A stretch of 64,000 nucleotides of DNA. It comes from an uncultured Gammaproteobacteria bacterium. Lineage in GTDB: Bacteria > Patescibacteriota > Patescibacteriia > Magasanikbacterales > UBA922. A program made the translations under genes and the position numbers. The notes beneath the pieces were generated by a model. That model ran no database searches and was not told where the DNA came from. It saw only the letters and a program-made list of their open reading frames with translations. The DNA is taken from assembly GCA_964519725.1 (NCBI GenBank), contig CAZFKS010000005.1, forward strand, positions 6,024 to 70,023, in the 5' to 3' direction. How positions within the stretch are numbered: the first letter of the stretch is position 1; each line of letters opens with the position of its first letter. Below are positions 1 to 10,251 of the stretch, in pieces.

Positions 1-2814
1 GTCATAACCATAACACTTGATACAAACACCTTTTGGTAATTTACATTGCATGACTGAACGAACGTGCACTTCAGTAATTGAAGTTTTTTCAACCACACGG
101 GCAATTTCTGGAGTAATTACTTCGCCTTTTTTCACCAGCACTTTGTCACCGTCTTTTACATCAGCCAAAACAAAGCGACCCATGATCCGTTCAGAAAGTT
201 TTTCACCCATTTGTTCAGATTCGGTTTTACCAAAGACTTCACCAGTGGTATCGCCACAATCTTCAATTTTTACAATCACATCTTGAGCCACGTCAACCAA
301 CCGACGAGTCAAATAACCAGCGTTAGCCGTACGAAGCGCAGTATCTGACAAACCTTTACGAGTACCGTGTGATGAGATAAAGAACTCAAGCACATCGAAA
401 CCTTCTTTAAAGTTACCACGCACAGGGAGTTCGATAATTTCACCACTTGGTGAAGCTACCAAACCTTTCATCGCAATCACCTGACCAAGTTGGGCCCATG
501 AACCACGCGCACCAGAGTCAATCATGGCAAAAACCGCGTCGTTTTTATTAAGCACTTCTTTGGTGCGAGACAACATCCGGTCTTTAATTTCAGTCCAGAT
601 TTCCAGCACTTTAGCGTGACGTTCCGCATCAGTTAACAAACCTTCAGCGTATTGAGTTTCCACCTCTTCAGTGCGGCGTGAGCCTTCGGAAAGCAAGTCT
701 GGTTTTTCTTTAATTTCTGGGAATTGATCTTTACCAAGTGAGTAACCAGATTTAGTTACATACTTATAACCAAGACCTTTAATACTATCCAGCAAATACG
801 CAGTTTCTTGTTGACCGTAAATTTCAAGTAATTGCTGAATGATGTTTGAAAGGTGTTTCTTGGTAATGGTTTCATTAAAGTACGGCAATTTGTTTGGCAA
901 AATTTCATTGAAGAAAATCCGACCAATTGAAGTTTCAATCAGTGGACTAGTGCCTTCTGGGAATTTTGACATGTCAGTGAGACGGACTTTAATGCGTTCT
1001 TTCAAAGTGATTTTGCGAGTTTTGTACGCATATTTAGCTTCAGTAATATCAGCGAAAACTTTTTTCACTTCTGCCGTATCAGTGTCATTGTACTTGGTGA
1101 GGTAATAGCAACCAAGCGCAATATCTTGTTGCGGTGTAATTACTGGAGAACCAGTCGCTGGTTTGAGGAGGTTCTTTTCTGAAGCCATGAGATTTTCTGC
1201 TTCCCATTTAGCTTGTTCAGAAAGTGGAAGATGAACAGCCATTTGGTCACCATCAAAGTCAGCGTTGAAAGCCGCACAAACGAGTGGGTGGAGGCGGATC
1301 GCTTTACCTTCTACCAAAGTTGGACGGAAAGCTTGAATACCAAGGCGGTGAAGGGTTGGAGCGCGGTTCAAAAGCACGCGGGTAGTTTTGGTTAAGTTTT
1401 CCAAAATATCCCACACTTCTGGGGCATTACTTTCAATAAAGCGTGAAGCAGAGCGCACATTGTGAGCGAGTTCACGTTTAATGATTTCAGCCATGACAAA
1501 TGGTTTGAACAATTCCAAGGCCATGCTTTTTGGCAAACCACATTCATCAATGCGGAGTTTTGGACCAACCACAATTACGGAACGACCAGAGTAGTCAACG
1601 CGTTTACCCAGTAAGTTTTGGCGGAAACGACCTTGTTTACCTTTCAAGATATCAGCCAGTGAGCGAAGTTGGCGTTTTTGACCAGTACTGGCGCGCACAG
1701 TTTTGGTGGCGCGAGCATTGTTATCAATGAGCGCGTCAACCGCTTCTTGGAGCATGCGTTTTTCGTTGCGGCAAATAACTTCTGGCGCATTAAGTTCAAT
1801 CAAGCGGCGCAAACGATTGTTACGGTTGATTACGCGGCGATACAAATCATTCAAATCTGAAGTGGCAAACCGACCACCATCAAGTGCCACCATTGGACGC
1901 AAATCTGGTGGAACCACTGGAATTACGGTCATGATCATCCACTCTGGACGGATGTTATTTTTGTGCAAACTGGTGAGCAATTTTACGCGGCGAACCAAGC
2001 GACCACGTTTAGCACCCTTACTCTTTTCAATTTCTTTTTCTAATTGCGCAATTGTTTCAGTCAAATTCAAACGTGACAATAAACTGTGAACAGCACTGGC
2101 ACCAATTCCCGCTTCAAACAAGTGACCGTAGCGGATAGACAATTCTTGGTAGCGCGCTTCTGACAATACTGACAACATGGCAATTTCTTTGAGTTCGCCT
2201 TCGGCTGCAGAAAAATCTTCATCAAGCGCACTGAGTTTTTCATCACGCTCTTTGACCATTTTTTCCGCTTCATTACCAGCCAAGGCATCAATTTTCTTGC
2301 CGTATTCAGTTTCTAATTGTTTGCGCTTTGATTTATATTCTTTTTTGAGCGCTTCTTCCGTGGCATCACGTTCTGCTTCATCAACATGAGTCACAATAAA
2401 TGACGCAAAGTAGATTACTTTTTCCAAAGCTTGAATTGAGAGATCAAGCACCAAACCAAGACGTGATGGAATCGTGCGGAGGAACCAAATGTGTGACACT
2501 GGGGTCGCGAGTTCAATGTGACCCATGCGTTCACGACGAACCAGTGAGTGGGTAACTTCTACGCCACACTTGTCACAAACAATGCCTTTGTAACGGATTT
2601 TTTTATATTTTCCACAGTAACATTCCCAGTCTTTGGTTGGCCCGAAAACTTCTTCGGCAAACAAACCGCCTTTTTCTGGTTTTTGGGTGCGGTAGTTAAT
2701 GGTTTCTGGTTTGTAAACTTCACCGTGAGACCAACCACGAATTACTTGTGGTGACGCTACTTTGAGACGGAGTGAGTCAAAGTTTGGCGCAGCGAGAGGG
2801 TTATTATATTGCAT
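1..2814 (-). CDS. rpoC: DNA-directed RNA polymerase subunit beta' (partial; start codon at 2814, gene runs off window edge)
   Basis: Reverse-strand translation from the ATG at 2812-2814 gives MQYNNPLAAPNFDSLRLKVASPQVIRGWSHGEVYKPETINYRTQKPEKGGLFAEEVFGPTKDWECYCGKYKKIRYKGIVCDKCGVEVTH..., the conserved beta' N-terminus with its zinc-binding Cys cluster. It lies immediately downstream of rpoB. It is absent from the ORF track because no stop codon falls inside the window. Confidence 0.9.
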   Translation of the reverse strand, partial: MQYNNPLAAPNFDSLRLKVASPQVIRGWSHGEVYKPETINYRTQKPEKGGLFAEEVFGPTKDWECYCGKYKKIRYKGIVCDKCGVEVTHSLVRRERMGHIELATPVSHIWFLRTIPSRLGLVLDLSIQALEKVIYFASFIVTHVDEAERDATEEALKKEYKSKRKQLETEYGKKIDALAGNEAEKMVKERDEKLSALDEDFSAAEGELKEIAMLSVLSEARYQELSIRYGHLFEAGIGASAVHSLLSRLNLTETIAQLEKEIEKSKGAKRGRLVRRVKLLTSLHKNNIRPEWMIMTVIPVVPPDLRPMVALDGGRFATSDLNDLYRRVINRNNRLRRLIELNAPEVICRNEKRMLQEAVDALIDNNARATKTVRASTGQKRQLRSLADILKGKQGRFRQNLLGKRVDYSGRSVIVVGPKLRIDECGLPKSMALELFKPFVMAEIIKRELAHNVRSASRFIESNAPEVWDILENLTKTTRVLLNRAPTLHRLGIQAFRPTLVEGKAIRLHPLVCAAFNADFDGDQMAVHLPLSEQAKWEAENLMASEKNLLKPATGSPVITPQQDIALGCYYLTKYNDTDTAEVKKVFADITEAKYAYKTRKITLKERIKVRLTDMSKFPEGTSPLIETSIGRIFFNEILPNKLPYFNETITKKHLSNIIQQLLEIYGQQETAYLLDSIKGLGYKYVTKSGYSLGKDQFPEIKEKPDLLSEGSRRTEEVETQYAEGLLTDAERHAKVLEIWTEIKDRMLSRTKEVLNKNDAVFAMIDSGARGSWAQLGQVIAMKGLVASPSGEIIELPVRGNFKEGFDVLEFFISSHGTRKGLSDTALRTANAGYLTRRLVDVAQDVIVKIEDCGDTTGEVFGKTESEQMGEKLSERIMGRFVLADVKDGDKVLVKKGEVITPEIARVVEKTSITEVHVRSVMQCKLPKGVCIKCYGYD

Positions 2815-2838
2815 ATAGGTAGGAGATTAGTGGAAGAT

Positions 2839-5800
2839 TTAGGCTTCTACATTTTCTTCTGTTCCCTCAGCTGCGACCTCAGCTGATTCACTAGGATTGC
2901 TTTCTTGTAATTCAACATCAAGGGCCAAACCTTTCAATTCGCGAACCAGAACGTTAAATGATTCTGGTAAGTTGATCTTGGTAATTTGTTCACCCTTAAT
3001 AATGGCTTCGTAGGCTTTAGCGCGACCAGGCACATCATCAGATTTAATGGTGAGAATTTCTTGGAGCGTGTGTGCTGCACCATATGCTTCGAGCGCCCAA
3101 ACTTCCATTTCACCAAACCGTTGACCACCAAATTGAGCCTTACCACCGAGCGGTTGTTGGGTAATCAAACTGTATGGACCAATTGAACGTTGGTGAATCT
3201 TGTCTTCAACCATGTGGTTGAGTTTGAGCATGTAGTTGTAACCAACGGTTGTTTTGTGGTCATATGGTTCACCAGTACGGCCATCGTACAGTTGTGATTG
3301 GCCATCAACTGGCAGACCAGCTTTCTTGAGTTCTTCAGAAATTTGTTCTTCAGTAATACCATTCAAAACTGGAGTCGCGGCTTTATAACCGTGCGCATTG
3401 GCAGCGAGACCAAGGTGGTTTTCCAAAAGCTGACCAAGGTTCATACGAGAAATAACACCCAGTGGTGAAAGAATCACATCAACTGGTGTACCGTCAGCCA
3501 GGAATGGCATGTCTTCAGCTGGAACAACGCGTGAAATCACACCTTTGTTACCGTGACGACCAGCCATCTTGTCACCAACCTGCACTTTACGCATGTCAGC
3601 GACCGTGACTTGAACTTGTTTGATCACACCTGGTTGCAATTTATCACCAGCATCAGCCGAGAACACTTTAACATCAATCACTTTTCCTTTTTCACCATGC
3701 TCCAAGTAGAGTGATGAGTCGCGCACGTCGCGGGCTTTTTCACCAAAGATAGCGCGGAGTAAGCGTTCTTCTGGGGTCAATTCAGTTTCACCTTTTGGTG
3801 TAATTTTACCAACCAAAATATCGCCAGAGTGAACTTCAGCTCCAATACGCACAATCCCTTCTGAATCAAGGTTCTTTAATTTTTCTTCACTTACGTTTGG
3901 AATGTCACTAGTGACAACTTCTGGTCCAAGTTTAGTTTCGCGAACATCAGTGGTGTAGTGTTCAATTTGAATTGAAGTGTAGCGGTCATTTTGCACCAAG
4001 CGTTCAGAAAGAATGATCGCGTCTTCGTAGTTATAACCTTCCCACACCATGTAAGCGACGAGCACGTTTTGACCAAGTGAAAGTTCAGCGTCTTTAATGG
4101 CCGGACCATCACAAATTGGTTGACCCTTTTTCACTTTTTGGCCAAGCACCACACTTGGTGTTTGGTTAATACAACTCGAAGCGTTAGAACGAATAAATTT
4201 GTGTAAGTGGTATTCGTAAACCTTGCCTTTTTTACCAGTAATTTGAATGTAATTACCAGTTACGGCAGTTACTTCACCATCTTCTTCAGCAGTGAAAACA
4301 TAACCACTAGAGAGAGCGGCGGCACGTTCCACACCGGTACCAACTAGTGGTGGATCAGCTTTAATACATGGCACAGCTTGGCGTTGCATGTTTGTACCCA
4401 TGAGCGCACGAGTCGCGTCATCGTGTTCGAGGAATGGAATCAAACTAGTGGCTACTGACAAAATTTGGTTTGAAGCTACGTCCAAATATTCAATATCACC
4501 AACATCAGCGTTGTTTGGTTGACCATGAACACGGGCTGGAACTTTACCTTGAATCAAGAAGCCTTTTTCATCACGAGGTAATTTGGCACTCGCAGTGGTT
4601 GTGCGTTCTTCTTGGAATGAGTTTAAATAAACCACTTCACTAGAAACGCGTGATTTAACGAGCACTTCAGTGAGATCTTTTTTAGCCGCTAATTTTTTGG
4701 CAATTTCAGCAGTGATAGTTTCACCAGCTTTTACAATGCCGCTAACATCTTCACGCGCAATTTCATTTTCCGTAAATTCAGCCTTGTTTGGTACACGGTT
4801 AATAACTTTGCGGTATGGGGTTTCCAGGAAACCAAACGCATTCATGCGCGCAAAGGTTGAAAGGTGGCCAACGAGACCAATATTTGGACCTTCTGGAGTC
4901 GCAATTGGACAAATACGACCATAGTGAGTGGTGTGCACGTCGCGAACTTCAAAGCCAGCGCGATCACGTGATAAACCACCAGGTCCAAGCGCTGATACGC
5001 GGCGTTTATGTTCAAGTTCGGCGAGCGGGTTAACTTGGTCCATGAATTGTGACAACTGTGAACTCATGAAGAATTCACGGATCACGCTAATCACAGGGCG
5101 AGCGTTGATTAATTTGTTTGGCACAATACTATCAATATCCATGGTACTCATGCGATCCTTGATAATACGTTCCATGCGAGCGAGACCAATCCGGAAGCGG
5201 TTTTGCACCAGTTCACCAACGGCGCGTACGCGACGGTTACCGAGATGGTCAATATCATCAGGAATTTCTTGGGTTACGTTGAGGCGAACTACTTCGCGGA
5301 GTACTTGCAGCACCTTATCAAGTGACAGCACCCGGTTTTCTTTGGCTGATAGGGCCTCATCACTCAAACCAAGGTTAAATTTGGTGTTAAATTTGTACAC
5401 ACCAACATTACCTAGATCATAGCGATCAAAGTTAAAGAACATGGCGTGGATCAAACTCTTAGCATTATCAGCCGTTGCCAGGTCACCCGGACGAATACGG
5501 CGGTAAACTTCGATCAAACCTTCTTCTTCATTACTTGAAGTGTCTTTTTTCAAAGTTTCTTCAATGTAATCAATGTTTGGGTGGTTATTAACGTCTTTAA
5601 ATGCCTCGCGAATGCCATCATCAGTTGACAAACCAAAAGCGCGGAGTAAGGCAGTGGCCGCCACTTTACGCTTGCGATCAACTTTTACCCAGAGAACATT
5701 ATTTTGGTCAGTTTCAACTTCGATCCAAGCACCACGGTTTGGAATAATTTTGGCACCATAGAAGTGGCGGCCGCGGAGATCATCAGCAGTAAAGAAAGCA

Positions 5801-6234
5801 CCAGGAGAGCGGATAAGCTGAGACACAACCACACGCTCAATCCCATTGATCATAAACGTACCCCGGTCAGTCATGAGCGGGATATCACCCAAATAAATTT
5901 CTTGCTTGTTAGATTTGCCAGTGCGCTTGTTCACCAATTTTACTTGCACGCGGAGTGGTGCCTCGTAAGTAACATTCTTATCGCGACACTTGGTTTCAGA
6001 AAATTTGGCTTCATCTAGGTAATATTCCTCAAAAAAGAGTTCCAAATCACGGCCAGTAAAGTCAGTTAATGGGGAAATTTCATCAAAAAGCTCCCGGATT
6101 CCTTCTTTTAGGAACCAGGCGTAAGAGGTTTTTTGTACCTCAATTAAGTCTGGGGTTTCAACCGCGTCACGGATGTCTGTAAAGAACTTCCGTTCCAGGG
6201 TTTTGAGCGCTTGTCGCTTATAAACTGGCTGCAT
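2839..6234 (-). CDS. rpoB: DNA-directed RNA polymerase subunit beta
   Basis: 1131-aa ORF with hallmark beta-subunit segments (GEMEVWALEAYGAAHTLQEILTIKSDD, RFGEMEVWALE, NMQRQAVP). Confidence 0.97.
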   Translation of the reverse strand: MQPVYKRQALKTLERKFFTDIRDAVETPDLIEVQKTSYAWFLKEGIRELFDEISPLTDFTGRDLELFFEEYYLDEAKFSETKCRDKNVTYEAPLRVQVKLVNKRTGKSNKQEIYLGDIPLMTDRGTFMINGIERVVVSQLIRSPGAFFTADDLRGRHFYGAKIIPNRGAWIEVETDQNNVLWVKVDRKRKVAATALLRAFGLSTDDGIREAFKDVNNHPNIDYIEETLKKDTSSNEEEGLIEVYRRIRPGDLATADNAKSLIHAMFFNFDRYDLGNVGVYKFNTKFNLGLSDEALSAKENRVLSLDKVLQVLREVVRLNVTQEIPDDIDHLGNRRVRAVGELVQNRFRIGLARMERIIKDRMSTMDIDSIVPNKLINARPVISVIREFFMSSQLSQFMDQVNPLAELEHKRRVSALGPGGLSRDRAGFEVRDVHTTHYGRICPIATPEGPNIGLVGHLSTFARMNAFGFLETPYRKVINRVPNKAEFTENEIAREDVSGIVKAGETITAEIAKKLAAKKDLTEVLVKSRVSSEVVYLNSFQEERTTTASAKLPRDEKGFLIQGKVPARVHGQPNNADVGDIEYLDVASNQILSVATSLIPFLEHDDATRALMGTNMQRQAVPCIKADPPLVGTGVERAAALSSGYVFTAEEDGEVTAVTGNYIQITGKKGKVYEYHLHKFIRSNASSCINQTPSVVLGQKVKKGQPICDGPAIKDAELSLGQNVLVAYMVWEGYNYEDAIILSERLVQNDRYTSIQIEHYTTDVRETKLGPEVVTSDIPNVSEEKLKNLDSEGIVRIGAEVHSGDILVGKITPKGETELTPEERLLRAIFGEKARDVRDSSLYLEHGEKGKVIDVKVFSADAGDKLQPGVIKQVQVTVADMRKVQVGDKMAGRHGNKGVISRVVPAEDMPFLADGTPVDVILSPLGVISRMNLGQLLENHLGLAANAHGYKAATPVLNGITEEQISEELKKAGLPVDGQSQLYDGRTGEPYDHKTTVGYNYMLKLNHMVEDKIHQRSIGPYSLITQQPLGGKAQFGGQRFGEMEVWALEAYGAAHTLQEILTIKSDDVPGRAKAYEAIIKGEQITKINLPESFNVLVRELKGLALDVELQESNPSESAEVAAEGTEENVEA

Positions 6235-6596
6235 AAATTAGGGAAAACAAAAAATTCCTTTGGGTAAAGGTTTATTATTTAAAGTGGATTGTAGTGAATT
6301 GTGAGCATCATGGAGGGTTACCGGACTAAGGTGGCCTGCGCCATAGCCAGTTACTTCCGAGCCTAGAAGCGTGCCAGGGAAGAAAACTGCCTCAAAACAT
6401 GACTTGAAAATCTTCACAAGCATACCTGAATTTTCAGGCGCTGTCAAGAAAGAACGGTAAAGCTAATTCTTGTCAAGAGTTTTAACTTTTTTGGCTTATT
6501 TAAGTGCTTTTTTCAAAAAACCCCCCTCTTAAAATACCTTTTTATTTTTGCACATTATCCACATTTTTTCTAAACACTGTTGATAACTTTTAATTA

Positions 6597-6625
6597 TTGA
6601 CCCGGTCATTACTTTTTATTAAAAT
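6597..6625 (+). promoter_or_regulatory. sigma70-like promoter (TTGACC, 17-nt spacer, TAAAAT) upstream of the GC-rich small ORF
   Basis: The -35 TTGACC at 6597-6602 and the -10 TAAAAT at 6620-6625 are separated by exactly 17 nt. They are followed by AGGAGG and then the ATG at 6656. Confidence 0.4.
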
Positions 6626-6655
6626 GATGCAGACATACTAGGAGGAATCGAGATC

Positions 6656-6958
6656 ATGACGCAGATTACGGCGTTCGAGATTATCCCTAACGGCAGGTGG
6701 TCACCGACCCTGATTGACATCCGGGCAGCCCAAAAGGCAAAAGGGCGGATTACCTTCCTGACTCGGATCTACGGAGGTCCAGAGCCAGTCCGCATCCCCT
6801 GTACCATCATCGAGGTTTCCTGCCCTGACCTGGCGGATGTGCCCGAAGAGTTCGTGTGCTGCACAGTCCAGGCCAAGGTGGATGGAAGTGCCCCAAAGTC
6901 ATTTATCATCACATATAATCCAGCCGACAAAAGGGGGGTCGGCATGGCCACTTCATGA
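6656..6958 (+). CDS. hypothetical 100-aa protein on a high-GC islet
   Basis: ORF with a canonical SD (ctAGGAGGaatcgagatcATG), GC-rich codons unlike its neighbours, followed by the hairpin at 6971-6997. No recognisable domain. Confidence 0.5.
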   Translation: MTQITAFEIIPNGRWSPTLIDIRAAQKAKGRITFLTRIYGGPEPVRIPCTIIEVSCPDLADVPEEFVCCTVQAKVDGSAPKSFIITYNPADKRGVGMATS

Positions 6959-6970
6959 TCTGAACCCATC

Positions 6971-6997
6971 CGTGCCCCGATGTTAATTCGGGGCACG
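6971..6997 (+). terminator. GC-rich hairpin after the 100-aa ORF
   Basis: Inverted repeat cgtgccccg ... cggggcacg with a 9-nt loop. A T-run follows about 20 nt downstream. Confidence 0.4.
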
Positions 6998-7075
6998 GCC
7001 ACACCACAGCATTCAGCTGTTTTTATTTTACAGTCAAAAAAATAAAAATATGTTACAATATACACACTAACTCCT

Positions 7076-9433
7076 ATGCCCCGTCGCGCTCAGGAAGAAT
7101 CTTCCCTTAACCCCACTTTATCCCGGGGGATTATTTTTATTGTTTTGGTGGTTTCGGCGTTCATTATTACACTGAGTTTTTTTGGTAAAGCTGGTCCAGT
7201 TGGGATCATGCTCAATGATTATGTACTCAGTTTTCTGTTTGGTGCGATTCGGTACACGGTTCCATTTATTATTTTAACTTTGGCCTGGTTTATTATTCGC
7301 GACACTGAGTATGATTACCGGCCAACCCATATTTTGGGCACTATTTTATTTTTTGTTTCACTCGGAAGTTTAGTTCACCTGCATTATCCACCAGAAGAAA
7401 TGTGGACCGCTGCGATTAATGGTCAAGGTGGTGGCGTGTTTGGGATGTTTGCCTGGGTTCTCAAAACATATTTAGGAACAATTGCTGGTGGCGCAATTTT
7501 GGTAGCACTTGGTTTAGTGTCAATTTTCCTGTTGTACAACACGGCAATTACACATTTTGTCATGCTCCACCGCGCGCTTTTGGCTGGCCTTGGTATGGTT
7601 GGAAACGGTCTCATTACCCTCTGCCGCAAATTATTTGTGCGCGAAAAATCTGGTGTAAATTTTAGTGTAAAAGGTGATTATTCCAAAGGTGATGAAGACG
7701 AGGAAGAAGTTGAAGAAGATGAAGACGCACCAGCTTTTGCCAAAAAGAGTTTAGCTGAAGAGGATGAGGAAGAAGATGAAGGCGAGGAGGATGAAGAAAT
7801 AGAAGATGAGGAAGAAGTTGAAGAAGATGAAGAGGAAGACGATCGGCCACCCCAAGGTGACGTGTGGTCAAAAAAAGTAGTGATTAAAAATTTACCACCA
7901 ATGGATTTACTGTCTGACAAACGTGGTAAACCAACTAGCGGTGATGTTGATGCGAATGCGGAAATTATTAAAAGCACCTTTGATCAATTTGGGATTGATG
8001 TCACTATGGGTGAAGTGCGCGTTGGCCCAACTGTAACGCAGTACACCATGAAACCAGCACCAGGTGTGAAATTGACCCGTATTACTGGACTTAGTCCAAA
8101 CCTCGCCCTCGCACTTGCCGCGCAAACCATTCGCATTGAAGCGCCAATTCCAGGCAAAGCTTTGGTTGGGGTTGAAGTACCAAACCAAAAAACCGCGATG
8201 GTCAGTATTAAGGAATTAATTGAAGACAAAGAATATCGTCAACGCCCACACAACATGATGATGGTACTAGGTAAAGATGTAGCCGGAAAAGTTTGGCTGG
8301 GTGAATTAACTCGCATGCCACACTTACTGATTGCTGGTGCGACTGGTTCTGGAAAAACTGTGTGTGTGAATACGATTATCATGGGTTTGTTGTATCAAAA
8401 CACCGCTGAAACACTGCGCTTTATCATGGTTGACCCCAAACGCGTGGAATTAACTTTGTACAATGGCATTCCACATTTGCTGACTCCAGTTATTACTAAC
8501 ACGCAAAAAACTGTTAATGCCCTCAAATGGACCATTGGTGAAATGGAACGCCGGTTTGAAGTTTTAGCAGCGGCTGGCAGTCGTGATATCAATTCTTACA
8601 ATCAAAAAAATCCGGCCAATAAATTACCGTACATTGTTTTTGTCATTGATGAATTGGCTGATTTAATGGCCACTGCGGCCAGTGAAGTTGAAGCTGGAAT
8701 TATTCGCATCGCCCAAATGGCGCGTGCGGTTGGTATTCATTTATTGGTGGCCACACAGCGTCCAAGTGTGGATGTCATTACTGGTTTAATGAAAGCGAAT
8801 ATTCCAGGACGCATCGCATTTTCGGTGGCATCAGCCATTGACTCACGCACCATTCTTGACTCACCAGGTGCTGAAAAATTACTTGGTCGCGGTGACATGT
8901 TATTCTCATCCGCTGACATGAGTAAACCAATGCGTATTCAAGGGGCCTATATTTCTGAAGAAGAAATGAAACGCATTGTGGAATATTTGAAAGGTGATGA
9001 AGAACCAGAATATGATGAATCAATTACTGGAGTTACCAATCAAAACGGTGGTGCCACCGGCAGTATGTTTGGTGGTCCAAGTGATGACCGCGACCCATTA
9101 TTTGAAGAAGCAAAAAAGTTTATTATTCAAGCTGGCAAAGCTTCAGCTTCGCTCTTGCAACGTCGGCTTAAAGTTGGGTATGCGCGCGCCGCTCGTTTAC
9201 TAGATGAATTAGAAGAAGCCGGCATTGTTGGACCAGCTGATGGTGCCAAACCACGTGAAATTTTGGCGACAGCGGCTGGATATGGTACAATGGATGCGCC
9301 TTCAGCCAGTTCTTTTGACCCAGTGACCGAAGAAGAAGCTGAAGACGAAGAAGATGAGGAAGAAGACCCTGAAGATGATGCAGTCGAAGATGAAATCGAC
9401 ACAGACGAACAAGGCAATCGGTTCCAACACTAA
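7076..9433 (+). CDS. ftsK: DNA translocase FtsK/SpoIIIE
   Basis: N-terminal TM helices and an acidic low-complexity linker. Walker A GATGSGKTVCVN, VDPKRVEL, LLVATQRPSVDVITG, and a C-terminal gamma winged-helix (LLQRRLKVGYARAARLLDELEEAGIVGP). Confidence 0.95.
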   Translation: MPRRAQEESSLNPTLSRGIIFIVLVVSAFIITLSFFGKAGPVGIMLNDYVLSFLFGAIRYTVPFIILTLAWFIIRDTEYDYRPTHILGTILFFVSLGSLVHLHYPPEEMWTAAINGQGGGVFGMFAWVLKTYLGTIAGGAILVALGLVSIFLLYNTAITHFVMLHRALLAGLGMVGNGLITLCRKLFVREKSGVNFSVKGDYSKGDEDEEEVEEDEDAPAFAKKSLAEEDEEEDEGEEDEEIEDEEEVEEDEEEDDRPPQGDVWSKKVVIKNLPPMDLLSDKRGKPTSGDVDANAEIIKSTFDQFGIDVTMGEVRVGPTVTQYTMKPAPGVKLTRITGLSPNLALALAAQTIRIEAPIPGKALVGVEVPNQKTAMVSIKELIEDKEYRQRPHNMMMVLGKDVAGKVWLGELTRMPHLLIAGATGSGKTVCVNTIIMGLLYQNTAETLRFIMVDPKRVELTLYNGIPHLLTPVITNTQKTVNALKWTIGEMERRFEVLAAAGSRDINSYNQKNPANKLPYIVFVIDELADLMATAASEVEAGIIRIAQMARAVGIHLLVATQRPSVDVITGLMKANIPGRIAFSVASAIDSRTILDSPGAEKLLGRGDMLFSSADMSKPMRIQGAYISEEEMKRIVEYLKGDEEPEYDESITGVTNQNGGATGSMFGGPSDDRDPLFEEAKKFIIQAGKASASLLQRRLKVGYARAARLLDELEEAGIVGPADGAKPREILATAAGYGTMDAPSASSFDPVTEEEAEDEEDEEEDPEDDAVEDEIDTDEQGNRFQH

Positions 9434-9441
9434 TTACCACT

Positions 9442-10152
9442 GTGCCTAACTTTACCAAAAAAAATCTCCAGGGTGAGCAGCGAGTTTGTTGGCGCTTACG
9501 ATCAATCCGTGAAGCGCGTGGTCTTACCATTGAAGCGCTCGCGAATCACACCAAAATTAACAAGGCCTATTTATTGGCTCTGGAAGACTGCCGGTTTAGT
9601 GATATCCCCTTCTCGGCCCTATACATTAAAAACTTTGTTAAAAAATACGTCCTAGCTTTGGGTGAAGACCCAGAACCATTTATTAGTCAGTTTTGCATTG
9701 AAGAATTAGACAATGTTCAAGTCGCGCCACCAGCTCCAAAACGAAATGCGTGGTTGTTTTTCACTGCCTGGCCATCAGTGGTGCGCAATAGTTTATTTGG
9801 ATTGGCCGGCTTATCCGTGGTTTTTTATTTAGGTTTGCAGGTTAAAGACACCATTTCCCCACCCAATCTATCACTGGTTGGCCCTGACAATGGTTTTATT
9901 GCTTATGACAACACCATTAGACTTCAGGGTGCCAGTGAACCAGCCACCACCGTGATGATCAATGGCCAAGCCATTAAAAGTGATGAGCATGGTAATTTTG
10001 CTGAAGCCATTGCCTTGACCCCAGGTGTAAACACCATTGTAGTTGAAGCCAAGAAAAAACACGGTAAGAGCACTCAAACTACCCGTCACATTATTTATCG
10101 CGAGTCTGAACACTTTAGTGCGCAGAGCAATGTTTTAGGCAGTACGAACTAG
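9442..10152 (+). CDS. RodZ-like HTH (XRE-type) membrane protein
   Basis: N-terminal HTH (GLTIEALANHTKINKAYLLALE), a single TM segment, and a C-terminal DUF4115-like domain. Confidence 0.7.
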   Translation: MPNFTKKNLQGEQRVCWRLRSIREARGLTIEALANHTKINKAYLLALEDCRFSDIPFSALYIKNFVKKYVLALGEDPEPFISQFCIEELDNVQVAPPAPKRNAWLFFTAWPSVVRNSLFGLAGLSVVFYLGLQVKDTISPPNLSLVGPDNGFIAYDNTIRLQGASEPATTVMINGQAIKSDEHGNFAEAIALTPGVNTIVVEAKKKHGKSTQTTRHIIYRESEHFSAQSNVLGSTN

Positions 10153-10208
10153 AATTTATACACCGTTTGTGCACATTGACGGGGCCAGACAAAACCCGTA
10201 CCATAAGA

Positions 10209-10230
10209 AGAGCCCAGGCTCTTTTTTTGT
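10209..10230 (+). terminator. intrinsic terminator
   Basis: Hairpin agagcc-cag-ggctct followed by a T7 run. Confidence 0.5.
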
Positions 10231-10251
10231 CCACCGCTTTAACTAAAACAT

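Noticed and set aside
6238-6447. 69-aa ORF in the rpoB upstream region.
   Set aside because: No SD or promoter logic. Falls in the likely rpoB leader. Composition is not coding-like.
7662-7977. Ser-rich and Leu/His-rich ORFs antisense to the ftsK acidic linker.
   Set aside because: They are low-complexity mirror images of the GAA/GAT-rich sense strand. Antisense to a confidently called gene. No start context.
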